Part shown: piece by piece, positions 9,359-19,800 of the stretch
Numbering within the stretch: position 1 is the stretch's first letter
Layout of the letters: every line of letters starts with the position of its first letter
NCBI GenBank assembly: GCA_963742415.1
Contig: CAVULX010000004.1
Coordinates: 192,001-256,000 of the forward strand
Direction: 5' to 3'
Length of the DNA stretch: 64,000 nucleotides
From: an uncultured Parachlamydiaceae bacterium
GTDB lineage: Bacteria; Chlamydiota; Chlamydiia; Chlamydiales; Parachlamydiaceae
Notes under the pieces: model-generated
Told to the model about the DNA's origin: nothing
Databases searched by the model: none
Seen by the model: only the letters and a program-made list of their open reading frames with translations
Made by a program: the position numbers and the translations under genes

Positions 9359-10195
9359 ATGAAAGGGATCATCGCCCTCGATATCGATGGAACGATCACC
9401 AATGATCGTCACGATATTTCTAAAGATGTTGTGAATTTTTTATCCTCTTTAGCAAAAAATGGATGGCAGTTCATTTTTGTGACAGGGCGCCCTTTTCAGT
9501 GGGGATATAGCGCCTTATGCCAAATTCCATTCCCTTATTATTTTGCTGTCCAAAATGGGGCCATCATCCTTGCGATGCCGGAAAGAAGAGTGGTCGACAA
9601 AAAATATTTAAAAAAGAACATCTTGCCGGCTTTAGATGAGATTTGTCAAAGAGAAGAGACAGGTTTTGTTGTTTATGCCGGCTATGAATTTGAAGACCGC
9701 TGTTTTTACAAACCCTCCTATTTTCGTCCCCATCTTTTGGAATATATCCACCATAGAGCAAAAATGTTGAAGGAAAATTGGGTCTCTTTGACCTCTTACG
9801 ATACTCTGCCGATTTCGGAATTTGCTTCAATCAAGTGTTTTGGGTTGGAAGATTCTGCCGGGCGAATTTCTTTGGGGATCGAAAGTTCATTAGGCTTGCA
9901 TGGGCCTAGTATTCGAGACGCGTTCGATGCCTCTTATTATGTAGTTCAGGCCACTCATCCGGGAATCAACAAAGGAAGTGCTGTTCGGAGTTTTCAAAAC
10001 TTGATAGGATGTGAAGGGCCGATTATTGCTGCGGGTGATGACAACAACGATCGCTCTATGCTTGAAATAGCTGAAATCAAGATTGTTATGGCAACCGCTC
10101 CTAAAGAAATGCATCTTTTAGCGGATATCATCGCCCCTTCGGCGGCAGAGCACGGCATCATTTCAGGATTGACACAAGCAATCGATCAAATATAA
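9359..10195 (+). CDS. Cof-like HAD-IIB hydrolase
   Basis: ALDIDGTIT, VTGRP, NKG and AGDDNNDRSML motifs. Confidence 0.92.
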   Translation: MKGIIALDIDGTITNDRHDISKDVVNFLSSLAKNGWQFIFVTGRPFQWGYSALCQIPFPYYFAVQNGAIILAMPERRVVDKKYLKKNILPALDEICQREETGFVVYAGYEFEDRCFYKPSYFRPHLLEYIHHRAKMLKENWVSLTSYDTLPISEFASIKCFGLEDSAGRISLGIESSLGLHGPSIRDAFDASYYVVQATHPGINKGSAVRSFQNLIGCEGPIIAAGDDNNDRSMLEIAEIKIVMATAPKEMHLLADIIAPSAAEHGIISGLTQAIDQI

Positions 10196-10204
10196 AGGAA
10201 ACAT

Positions 10205-10591
10205 ATGATGGGTATTATAGGAGTGGAGCATCACCATATTTCGTGTGTAATTGGAGTGAACCCCGAAGAATGGGTTGAGGAACAATCAATTTTTGTGGAT
10301 TTAAAACTAGAAGCAGACTTTGTCTCTTGCGCGGGGACAGATTCCCTTCGTCAGACCATCGATTATGTCACCATCGCGAATTTGTGTACAAAAATAGCCA
10401 AATCCAAACAATATAAGTTATTGGAGACCCTTGCTTGGGATCTCATCCATCAGGTGATGGAAACATTTAAAGTAAATTGGGTTTGGGTTAAAATAAAAAA
10501 GCCGAAAGGGCTTTCATCAGCCCAATATACATTTGTTGAATTTGAAAAAAGGAATACCTATGGCTTGGACACTTGTGACCGGAGGGGGTAA
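10205..10591 (+). CDS. folB: Dihydroneopterin aldolase
   Basis: IGVNPEE..EQSIFVDL, TIDYV, LLETLA and KKP motifs. Confidence 0.85.
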   Translation: MMGIIGVEHHHISCVIGVNPEEWVEEQSIFVDLKLEADFVSCAGTDSLRQTIDYVTIANLCTKIAKSKQYKLLETLAWDLIHQVMETFKVNWVWVKIKKPKGLSSAQYTFVEFEKRNTYGLDTCDRRG

Positions 10592-11273
10592 AAGGCTTGG
10601 AGCAGAAATTTGCCGCACTTTGGCAGCCCGGGGGCACGATATCGTTGTCCATTACAATAACAGCCATGTTGAGGCGGAAGCCATAGCTGAAATTTGCAAG
10701 AAGTCAGGAGTTAAGACAGCCACGATCCAAGGGAACTTCTCAACGCGGGAAAGCACCATCCAATTCATAGAAAGTTATCAAATGAAATTCCCTGAGACTC
10801 AGAACCTCGTCAACAATGTCGGTAATTTTGTCATCAAACCCGGATTGCAAACGACTCCCGCCCAATGGTATGATTTGTTCCAAACAAATTTGAATGCCCC
10901 TTTTATTTTTAGCCAAGCGCTCGCTTCCTCTATTAAGCGTTTTAAAGGATGCATTGTTAACATCGGAGTGACCGGCTTGGATTCGGGGCGTGGTGAAACA
11001 TATAGCACGGCCTATAGCTGCGCAAAAACAGCACTGCTGATGCTGACAAAATCTTTGGCTAAAGAGCTTGCCCCTTCACAAGCACGGGTCAACATGGTTT
11101 CTCCCGGTTATCTGGAAAATGCCGTTGATCTTCCCTTAGACCTAAGAATTCTCCCGATGGGACGCCCTGCAACAATGCAAGAGGTCGCTAAGGTTGTCGC
11201 TTTTTTCCTTAGTGAGGATAGCAAATACATTACGGGTCAGAATATTGAAATTGCAGGCGGCGTTAGGCTTTAA
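10560..11273 (+). CDS. SDR oxidoreductase, FolM/pteridine reductase-like
   Basis: LVTGGGKRLG, VVHYNNS and YSCAK motifs; follows folB; start taken at ATG 10560. Confidence 0.8.
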   Translation: MAWTLVTGGGKRLGAEICRTLAARGHDIVVHYNNSHVEAEAIAEICKKSGVKTATIQGNFSTRESTIQFIESYQMKFPETQNLVNNVGNFVIKPGLQTTPAQWYDLFQTNLNAPFIFSQALASSIKRFKGCIVNIGVTGLDSGRGETYSTAYSCAKTALLMLTKSLAKELAPSQARVNMVSPGYLENAVDLPLDLRILPMGRPATMQEVAKVVAFFLSEDSKYITGQNIEIAGGVRL

Positions 11274-11275
11274 AT

Positions 11276-12724
11276 ATGATCCGTACATTGATTGAAATGG
11301 CCGTCGCTTGTGGGCGCAAACGGCAAAGTACACAGACCCCCTTTGTTCATTATTTTCCCCATCTCTCTGAGGATGAATCCTCTATTGCAACCCCCGTTTA
11401 TGAAAATTTTTTGTTTATTTTGGCCTTATTTCGTAGCCGAACAGCGGAAAACATTGGGGAAGCTAAGACACTTTTGGAGCGGTTGCTCTATTTTCAAAAC
11501 CTTCATAAAGAGGAACATTGGGGTAATTTTCCCTTTTACTTGCACGATTTTCCCACCTGCCACCATTGGTATACTGGAATTTCCTTGCTAAATCCCATCT
11601 TCTGGATTTTATCCCAGTTTAATTCTGTTCTTGGAGCATCCCTAAAAGCGCGCTTAGAAAATAGCGTGAACGGGATCTTTAAGTACTGTAAAACCCTTCA
11701 GCAAAATGAAATACCCACATCCTTTGCAATTAAGCTGGCAAGTGCAACGAAAGCTTTTGGCCTTCTTTGGAAAAATGATCCGATGATTTCAGAAGGGGAG
11801 GCGTGGCTGAGCACTCTCGCCCTAGATCAAAATCGGGTTTGGTGGGGATCCCCTGCCTCGCTTGGGGACGCCCTTGCTTCACTTCAAATGGCTTATCCTT
11901 CTCTAGCGCAAAGCCCTTGGAAATCCTTTTGGGACTTTTTGGAAACAACTTGGCAGCGTCAATGCTGTTCTTTTTCCGGCCCCTGCCTGAAAGAATTTCA
12001 ATATAAGTACGAGCCCGAAGTAACGCTTTATGATTTATATTTGGGGTATCTTTCCGCTCATTTTTCAAAAAGGGCATTGCAAGATCACATCTGCCACCTT
12101 CAAGGGGTTCTCATTCAACCTTTGGAAGAGAAGCTCCAAAAAAGTTCTGCGGCACCCCCTTTTGGAGAGGTCGTTAATACTCCTGAATATGCCTTATCTT
12201 TGATAGAAAAAAAAGAGGGGGGGAATAAATCTGCAGAATCAGGTTTTCATCCCTTCCGTTTGGTTTGGGGAACTCCGGAACGGACACATAGCTTTGTTTG
12301 CCAGGGAGGCAATAGTAAATCAATAGCCTTTTCCCATAATGCAAACGAAGTGGAATCCCTTTTTACCTTTGGAGAGCTAATCCAAAGTGACGACAGGGAA
12401 AAACTGCGGGAATTGATCTTTTATTTGGATCTTTCCGACGATCACCAGATTTCCGTTGGGGGAATTCCCACGACAACTTTTCAGTTGGAAGATCCTATCG
12501 TCATTACTAGCCCCCCGCTGGAGATGACCCTCCGTTTCTTTGTTGAAGTGGGGAAGGGACAATTTATGGGGCACATTATGAAAGGCAATCGCCCCTCTCA
12601 AACTGCTTTGAGAGGATCAAATCGGCACCAAGCTTACGATTGGCAAATCTTTTTGCGAACAATTCGCCGCACAGAAGAATGTGCCTTGCATGTCAAAGTT
12701 GAGATCAAGAACATCAAACCATGA
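11276..12724 (+). CDS. Hypothetical protein (482 aa)
   Basis: Long ORF in operon arrangement (2 nt after the SDR stop, 4-nt overlap downstream); no motif recognised. Confidence 0.75.
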   Translation: MIRTLIEMAVACGRKRQSTQTPFVHYFPHLSEDESSIATPVYENFLFILALFRSRTAENIGEAKTLLERLLYFQNLHKEEHWGNFPFYLHDFPTCHHWYTGISLLNPIFWILSQFNSVLGASLKARLENSVNGIFKYCKTLQQNEIPTSFAIKLASATKAFGLLWKNDPMISEGEAWLSTLALDQNRVWWGSPASLGDALASLQMAYPSLAQSPWKSFWDFLETTWQRQCCSFSGPCLKEFQYKYEPEVTLYDLYLGYLSAHFSKRALQDHICHLQGVLIQPLEEKLQKSSAAPPFGEVVNTPEYALSLIEKKEGGNKSAESGFHPFRLVWGTPERTHSFVCQGGNSKSIAFSHNANEVESLFTFGELIQSDDREKLRELIFYLDLSDDHQISVGGIPTTTFQLEDPIVITSPPLEMTLRFFVEVGKGQFMGHIMKGNRPSQTALRGSNRHQAYDWQIFLRTIRRTEECALHVKVEIKNIKP

Positions 12725-13641
12725 ATTCCCCCTTGTTTTATTTAAATATGTGGCTTATCGCTGCGTTGCTAACAGGTTGCTGCCATTACGATCCAAATAG
12801 GGAAGTAAAGAGATACTTATCAAAAAAAGCCCCCTTTCAAGAATCCCCCTATTTCCTGGTTATCCTCGTCGATGCCAGGCAACTCGATTACACCTCTTCG
12901 CAAAAATGCGTGCGCTCGATTGCTAAACATCCAAGCGATGGGAGCAAAAACAGCGATGTGGGGCATGCATGGATCTACCTGCAAGGGGTCAAGAACGGGG
13001 CCCTTGTTAAGCTGGAAGGGGGGCACTCAGGTGAGCAGGGAAGGGGGCGGCCAAAGTATTTTGAAGGGATCATGAATTACTTTGAATATGGTGCGGCCTG
13101 TCCAAATGAGAAAGATTTAACTCATTCCTGCTATGAACCTAACCCCATCAAATATCTCTGGGAACCTCTAGATGATGGATTTTTTGAAAAGGGTTCCGGC
13201 GGTCATATCCCGACATTTGCGATTAAAGTTGATTTGACCCCGAAGCAATTTGATGAAATTCTTTTGTTTATTAAAAACTACCCCTTTGAATTTTATTCAT
13301 TGACTTCCCATCAATGTTGCACTTTTGTTGTTGAGGTTGCGGCTCTTGCGCATCTTCATTTAGATTCTAAGCTGAATGTTTTTATAGACCCGAATATTGT
13401 AGTTGGCGGAGTAAGAATAAGACTGTGGACAGATGCCGAGTATTCAACGCTGGAGCTGCCCTGCCCTGAAATGTTGGAATATAGCATGCTTTTGGCCGTT
13501 AACGATGGGCGGGCCGAATGCGCTCTTCCTTGGTACCTTCAAAATAACAAAAATCCTTCAAAGGATTACGATTTCAAGTGGGACACATTAAAATGTTTTC
13601 CTGAAAGATTGCGCCGCTTGCGGGAATTTTCAGCAAAATGA
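12721..13641 (+). CDS. Putative lipoprotein with permuted papain-like His/Cys motifs
   Basis: Lipobox LLTGC; VGHAWIYL ... YSLTSHQCCTFV. Confidence 0.6.
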   Translation: MNSPLFYLNMWLIAALLTGCCHYDPNREVKRYLSKKAPFQESPYFLVILVDARQLDYTSSQKCVRSIAKHPSDGSKNSDVGHAWIYLQGVKNGALVKLEGGHSGEQGRGRPKYFEGIMNYFEYGAACPNEKDLTHSCYEPNPIKYLWEPLDDGFFEKGSGGHIPTFAIKVDLTPKQFDEILLFIKNYPFEFYSLTSHQCCTFVVEVAALAHLHLDSKLNVFIDPNIVVGGVRIRLWTDAEYSTLELPCPEMLEYSMLLAVNDGRAECALPWYLQNNKNPSKDYDFKWDTLKCFPERLRRLREFSAK

Positions 13642-13728
13642 AATGGATGTCCATTTAATTTTCACTTAGTTCTTGTCCACTTTTATCCATTTCATAAAAA
13701 AGCCTTCCGTTAATTATACACAAATCCA

Positions 13729-13757
13729 TTGATATTTTATTAAAAATATGCTATATT
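13729..13757 (+). promoter_or_regulatory. Sigma66/70-type promoter of the giant gene
   Basis: TTGATA-17 nt-TATATT with an extended -10 TG, 45 nt upstream of ATG 13803. Confidence 0.55.
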
Positions 13758-13802
13758 TTTATTATTAATTTTTTAATTTAACTACATTATCAAACTAATA
13801 AT

Positions 13803-16800
13803 ATGAATTCACCAATTATAAGTTCTACAAAACAACCCCTTTATAACAATTTTAACTCGACTAATCCCAATAAATCCCAGCAGAAAGAACACCCTCAAAA
13901 CTCTGAAAATCTGCCAAACAAATGGGACTCCGAAAAATTGGGTGTTTTTTTTGGTCTCACCAACCCACCCACTATTCTAAAAGAATTGATTCTGGCATGG
14001 AAAGATGCATTTAGCTTTGCTGAAGAAGACAAAGAGTTAAAAAAGAGCGTTGAAGTGATAGTCAAAGACTATGAAGATCATCACAAGCAAACGTTTGACT
14101 TCAACGCGCTTGAAGGGAAGAAGAAGTTTGCTGCTGAACTAATAAATGATATTAGTCTTTTAAAAGATAAGTCTTCGTTTGTACAAGATAAGTCTTCGTT
14201 TGTTCTTCCAATTTTTCTTAATAAAAATGGGCAAAAAAAAGAGGAAATGTTCGCCTTCTTTTATCGGGATGCTGAGAAAGGCATTTGTTGTTTTTTAGGG
14301 GATCATGCCGGAACAAAGACCCATTATACAAATTTACAATTCCCAGAAATGAGACAAATGTTTTTTCTATCAATTTTGCGGGCAGGTTCTGATAAGGACG
14401 TGACAGAGAAAGATATTGATAGTTATATTGGGCGGTTTTGTATTAAGGGACAGGGACAAATAACTTCGAATGAAAATAATGACTTGCCATTGAATTTGCC
14501 TTTTCTTTCGATTCCTGAGCAAATGTTAGCCTACAAGTTATATTCTCAAAAAATTTCACCGGAAGTCATTTTGGAAAAAATTTGGCTCTGCCGGGCAAAG
14601 TTTTTGAAAAATACTCCCCCTCCTCAGACAGAAGACGAACTTAGAATATTATCAGAAATTCAAAGAACTTTTTGGGATCAATTCGCTCTCGACGAGAAAA
14701 GATTAAGCGAAGAAACTAAAATGATCATTAATGAGTGTATATATCAATTTAAAGAGAATATAAAAAATGGAAAAACAATTAGTGTAGAAACGTCCGATCC
14801 CTTGGCTTTACAAGCCAATCGGGAAGCCGCAAAATTCAAATTTCCTGACCCTCCTAGCGAACCAGAAATCAGAAACGTAACAAATTCTACTTCCCCTGAA
14901 AGGCCGAATGTTCCAATGATAATGATCCGTAAAGAAAATGAGCATTTTCTTGGAGATCTAAAGGAGGCAAACAAAAATTGTGTTGCCCTTTGGAATGCAG
15001 GCCAATATCTCGAAACATTCCATTACGTTCGTGAGATTCTCCGTCAATTTTCTCTGGAGTTTTGGGATAACATTCCTCAAGGTTCAATTATAGACACTGT
15101 TGAAGTTGTTAAAGAATTGGTTGCACATGGGGCAGATGCATTAACCCGATCTAAATCCTCCTCCAGTTCCGGGCAGGAGATGCTTATGCTCTACATTGGA
15201 TATGCTACGGTTGTGAGATTATTAAGGCGCTGCCCTGAAATGAAATTACAAGGGTACGCTTTGCCCACTATTTTTAAAGGGTGTTCTCCCAGTGATGTAC
15301 AGGTTGAATTTCGCAGCAATTATTTTCCCGATGCTCAACTCTTTGGATTTTTTACAGCCAATTCACATGAAACAGCAACGATGAGGGCTATTAGGGACTA
15401 TTTTGGGGAAATATTGATTGAAGCTAAACAAAAATATGAAGAATTGGATTCTCAAATCTCAAGATTTGTTGCCGACGTCAAAAACGTATTCATTTTTAAT
15501 CATTGGATGATGAGAACTGGCAAAAGGAATAAAATTCTTCCCCCCTATTTTAGATTTGAAAAAGGAAAAGGCACTGCATATGACAAAACTTGCATCACTC
15601 ACCAACGATATTTGATGGATTTGTTAGGAGTTGATTACCCAAAGAATCAACAACAAGCTAATGTAGATGCTAACTTTGATTCAAAACTAAAGGATTTTTT
15701 TGACCATCGGGAAAAGCACGATGCTAAAAAGAAATTGTTGTATCGCGGCTATCAAGTATTAAATTATTTCACTTACTTTTGCTCTAATAGTCCATACGCA
15801 CCCCATTTTGTGCCGCGGAGAGGAACTGGAAAAATTGATTTAAATTTACAACTAAATTCAAAGTATGGACTCGGAGGAGCCATATTTGGCAAAGGGAAAG
15901 ATGAAGAATCGGAATATGGCGTAAGAAAAGATGAGCTCGAACACCTTAGGCTGCACGATCGAAGAGGAAAGATTGCAGATGTAGAGTTAAATAAATTGTT
16001 TAGAGATACGAAAGAATGGGATTCCCCCGAAAGGAAACTCCAAAGCCGAAAAACTGAAAACCAAGTTTTCAATACGCCTTATCGCCAGGACAACAATAGC
16101 TGCTTAAACACCCAGGCTGCCTTCCACGATCTTTCAAGGTTGCGTGCAGAGCCTAATCTGCAGATAGCATCTACTTTAGAGTGGTGTCGGGAAAATCCTC
16201 AGCATCTAGACAACACTGATATTCAAGCATACATCGAAGCCTGCTTCCTTGAATTCGGCTTGCTTGCCCAAGAAACGGGGTATACGATTGAAAAACTACG
16301 CAAATTCATTAAAGCGACGATTTCCCGTTTTGATAAAGATCCTAAAAAAATGGATAGCGCCTGCTTTTGGTTGAGGCTAGGGTACATTTGTGAAGAACAT
16401 CTACAATCGAAAAAAACCTCTTGGCTTAAGAAAAAATATCGAGATTTGGAAAAAATACAAACATTAACACCCCCGCAGCAACATTTTTTATCATTAACAA
16501 AAATTTGTTTGTTTGCCGACGAGTTGACTTCAGAAGAACTTTTAAGAACTTGGTGCAAAACCATGCTGCTTGAAAAGTCTCAGGTTATTTCTCCTGGATG
16601 GCTATGGCAAAATGCCCAAGAAATTATTTATAAAAATAAAGAATCTTTTAACGATTTGGGAGTTCGCTCGAAAGCTTTTATTGAGATTTCAAACCAGTTT
16701 CCCGAACTTAAACCCGATAGTTGGACTGGGACATCTCCCCATTTTTACCAAAAAACCATTAGCAAGAAAGAGACGTATTATTTCAATCTTTTAGAGGGTC

Positions 16801-19800
16801 GACTTCAAAGAGAAGATTTTTGCAGCAATCAAGATTGGCCTGAAGAAATAAATTCGGATCCAAATGTCAACGCAGTTTTAGGAAAAAACCGCCCCCCTGT
16901 ATTTATCAAAAAATCTAAAGAACAAACCGTCTTGGAAACCTTGGATGGGATTTATCAAATTATTTCAGAAAAAAATAGTCTTGTTATTCGTAAAAAAATC
17001 AAAGCACCAAATAACGAAAATTGTTGGTATACATATGCACCGCATGAAGAATCAGATCTCATCCGATGGGTGAAAACAGGCCATCGGTATGATTCTACGA
17101 ATAGACATTCCTATGTCATGGACAATCATGGGAATTATTATGCGCAAGAAGTCAACGATAAAGCTTTGGGTAAAATATACCAAAAACTAAAGAAAAATGG
17201 AAGCCCAGCAAATCTCGTCCGTTTATCCCTCGATCAATGCACCCCTTTTCTTAAAAAGGCAATTCAACAAATCATCGGCGATGATGCAAAGCAATCAAAA
17301 ATATGGATTTGGGGAAAATGGGATGCAAAAAAACAAAAGTTCACCGTTGAAAAAGCAGACATCCCTTCACTTAAGCTTGCATTTAAATTTAAGTCTGACA
17401 GTACAAATAAGCCTATCATTACAACTTCTAAGTTGCCTAATTATGAAAAATGTCAAACTTTTGAAGCCGCGATGGCAATTCCGCAAGCTCTTTGTTTTAA
17501 AGACTTTCGCGGTGAGAAACGGATTCTTCGAATAGATTGGGAGAGCCAACGGTTTTTCATCGATGTTTGCCATCGATCAGAAAAACAAATTTTTCCTGAA
17601 TCTGAAAGCAGCTCTTTTTATTTAATTTCCCAACTAGCGTCCAAAAATGCCTTTTGGCTTGCCTGGAATCATTTGAAAAAAATGAATCCTCTTGATTTCT
17701 ACTCGCCTCAAGAATGGAAAGGAATATTAAAGGTTATATCGAAAACAAGATATTCAGGTTACTCTTCAAAAGAAGCTGCATTATGGATGCACTTGGCATT
17801 GCACATTCTGAAACTTAGAAAAGATATTCATTCTAAAGCAAGGTACCAAACAGGCCACTCACAGTCAAGCCTTTGCAATGAAGAAGCAACCTTTTGGCGC
17901 ACAATGTGGGAGTGTTACCGGTCTTTCAAATGGAATAAATCCAACACAAATAATCCTGACTATTTGCATATATCTTCTTACGAGGAGAAGCAAATTTTAC
18001 AAGAGATTGGCAAACAACTTCGAGAGAGAGAGGATAAAGAAGCCTATGGTAAATATTTAGAAGAGCTTAAAAACCTGGCAAAACCTGCAGAAATGCACAT
18101 CCGCTTGCTTGAAGAACAAATTCATATAAAAGATCTTTCAGATGAAGAAAAAAAAGATAAATTCACAGCTCCTTTAGGAAATATTTTAACTGAATTTTTT
18201 GCTGCCACACCTAAGCAACGGAAGGATGTTGAGCCTCGGACAAGCTCTGATTTCGGCATGGATGACAAGACTTTAAGACCTACCGATAAAGAACCTCTTG
18301 CGAAGCAAATCTATGATTCGCTGGAAAAAGCTCATCAAAAAAATATGGATGCTGTAGCAGCCACCTATGCCTTCAAAAGCATACCCGAAAAATTAGAAGA
18401 AAAATTGAGCGATGAAATTAAGACCGAAGAAGATCAGCTTAAAACCCTACGAGAAAAAATAACAAATAAGCTTAATCGCGTATCTGGCGGTGCCCCTTTA
18501 AAAACACCCCGTTCAGAATTGCTGCGAGCTCAGCCTTTGGAATTAGAAGAAGCGATGTACGCCTATATTCTCAATAGCCTTGAAGAGTTGCAAGAACTCA
18601 ATCCCTCCCTTACGAAAGAGGACGCCAATCAAATTTTTTCTGAGATGCAACAACTTTTTTTGAAAGGATCAAAAATTGATCAATGCTACGAAGCGCGTCA
18701 TTTTGCCCAAAAACGCAAAATTGAAGAGGCTGCCGAAGTTCTTAGTAAAACAAGAAAATACGATCCGGAACAAAACCGCTTGCTTCTCACATATGAATAT
18801 ACTTCAGGCAAATTCCTCCGCCCCAGGCAAGCGGAAATCCTCTGTTGGATCCTGCAAACAAGGGATCCCACGAAAATTAAACAGCTCCTTTTTGAATTTG
18901 AAGCAGGCGGGGGAAAAACGAAGGTTGTTGCAACTATTTTAATTAGACATCTCATCTCGGCAGGGCTTTTCCCAATCTTTTGCAGCTTGCCTGAACTGCA
19001 TGACATTACAAAAAAGGATTTGCGCGAATCTCTTAATAGAAACTACAACATCCCTTTAGCCACTCTTGAGATAGACCTAAAAACCAAACTTGATGCAAAT
19101 CAATTGAAAGAACTCTATTACACATTTGACCGTTGGCGAAAAGAGGGAAAATGTTTGCAAATGCCTATTGAGGCCTTTCATTCTTTAAATTTACAATACA
19201 GGACCGCTTTAGAAAACAAGGAAACAGAAAAAGTCAGATGGCTAAGCCAAATTATGTTTGAGTTTTTTGAGAAGCATGCCTGTTTGATTATCGATGAAGT
19301 GGATCGGAATGCCGACAGTTTATGGCAGGCCATTATAGCCACAGGAAAGGCGGAATCGCTTCCAGTTGATGAGCAGCGGCTCTTTATCAAATTTTATAAA
19401 CCCCTTTTAGGTGCTTTTGCTCGTTTGACTCTAGACGATGGAAGGAAAGTAGATGAGGTTCTCGGCTTGTTAAAGAATGAACAAGCTCAAATAACAAACG
19501 AAGATCTAAATCAAATTTTAAATAAATTAGCTGATTTTTTGCTTGATTATAAGCCTCTAGGAATTGTCAAAACCGAGCAAGAAGCAATTAAAACCTATTG
19601 GCTTAATGAAGTTTGCAAAAGACCTTCTTGCCTATCTAAAAAAACCATTCGTCAGCAACAACTTATTGAACTTGCCCGTGGAGTTTTCACAGAGATTTTG
19701 CCACAGGCTTTAAGCATGGTTGGCGAAATGGAATATGGGACTTCGATCCATAAAAATGACGATGTTGCAGCTCCGAAAAAAAAGAAAAGCAGTTCCCCTT

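Noticed and set aside
13638..13695. Short inverted repeat atgaaatggat...atccatttcat
   Set aside because: Only an 11-bp AT-rich stem with a long loop; too weak to call a terminator or a repeat family
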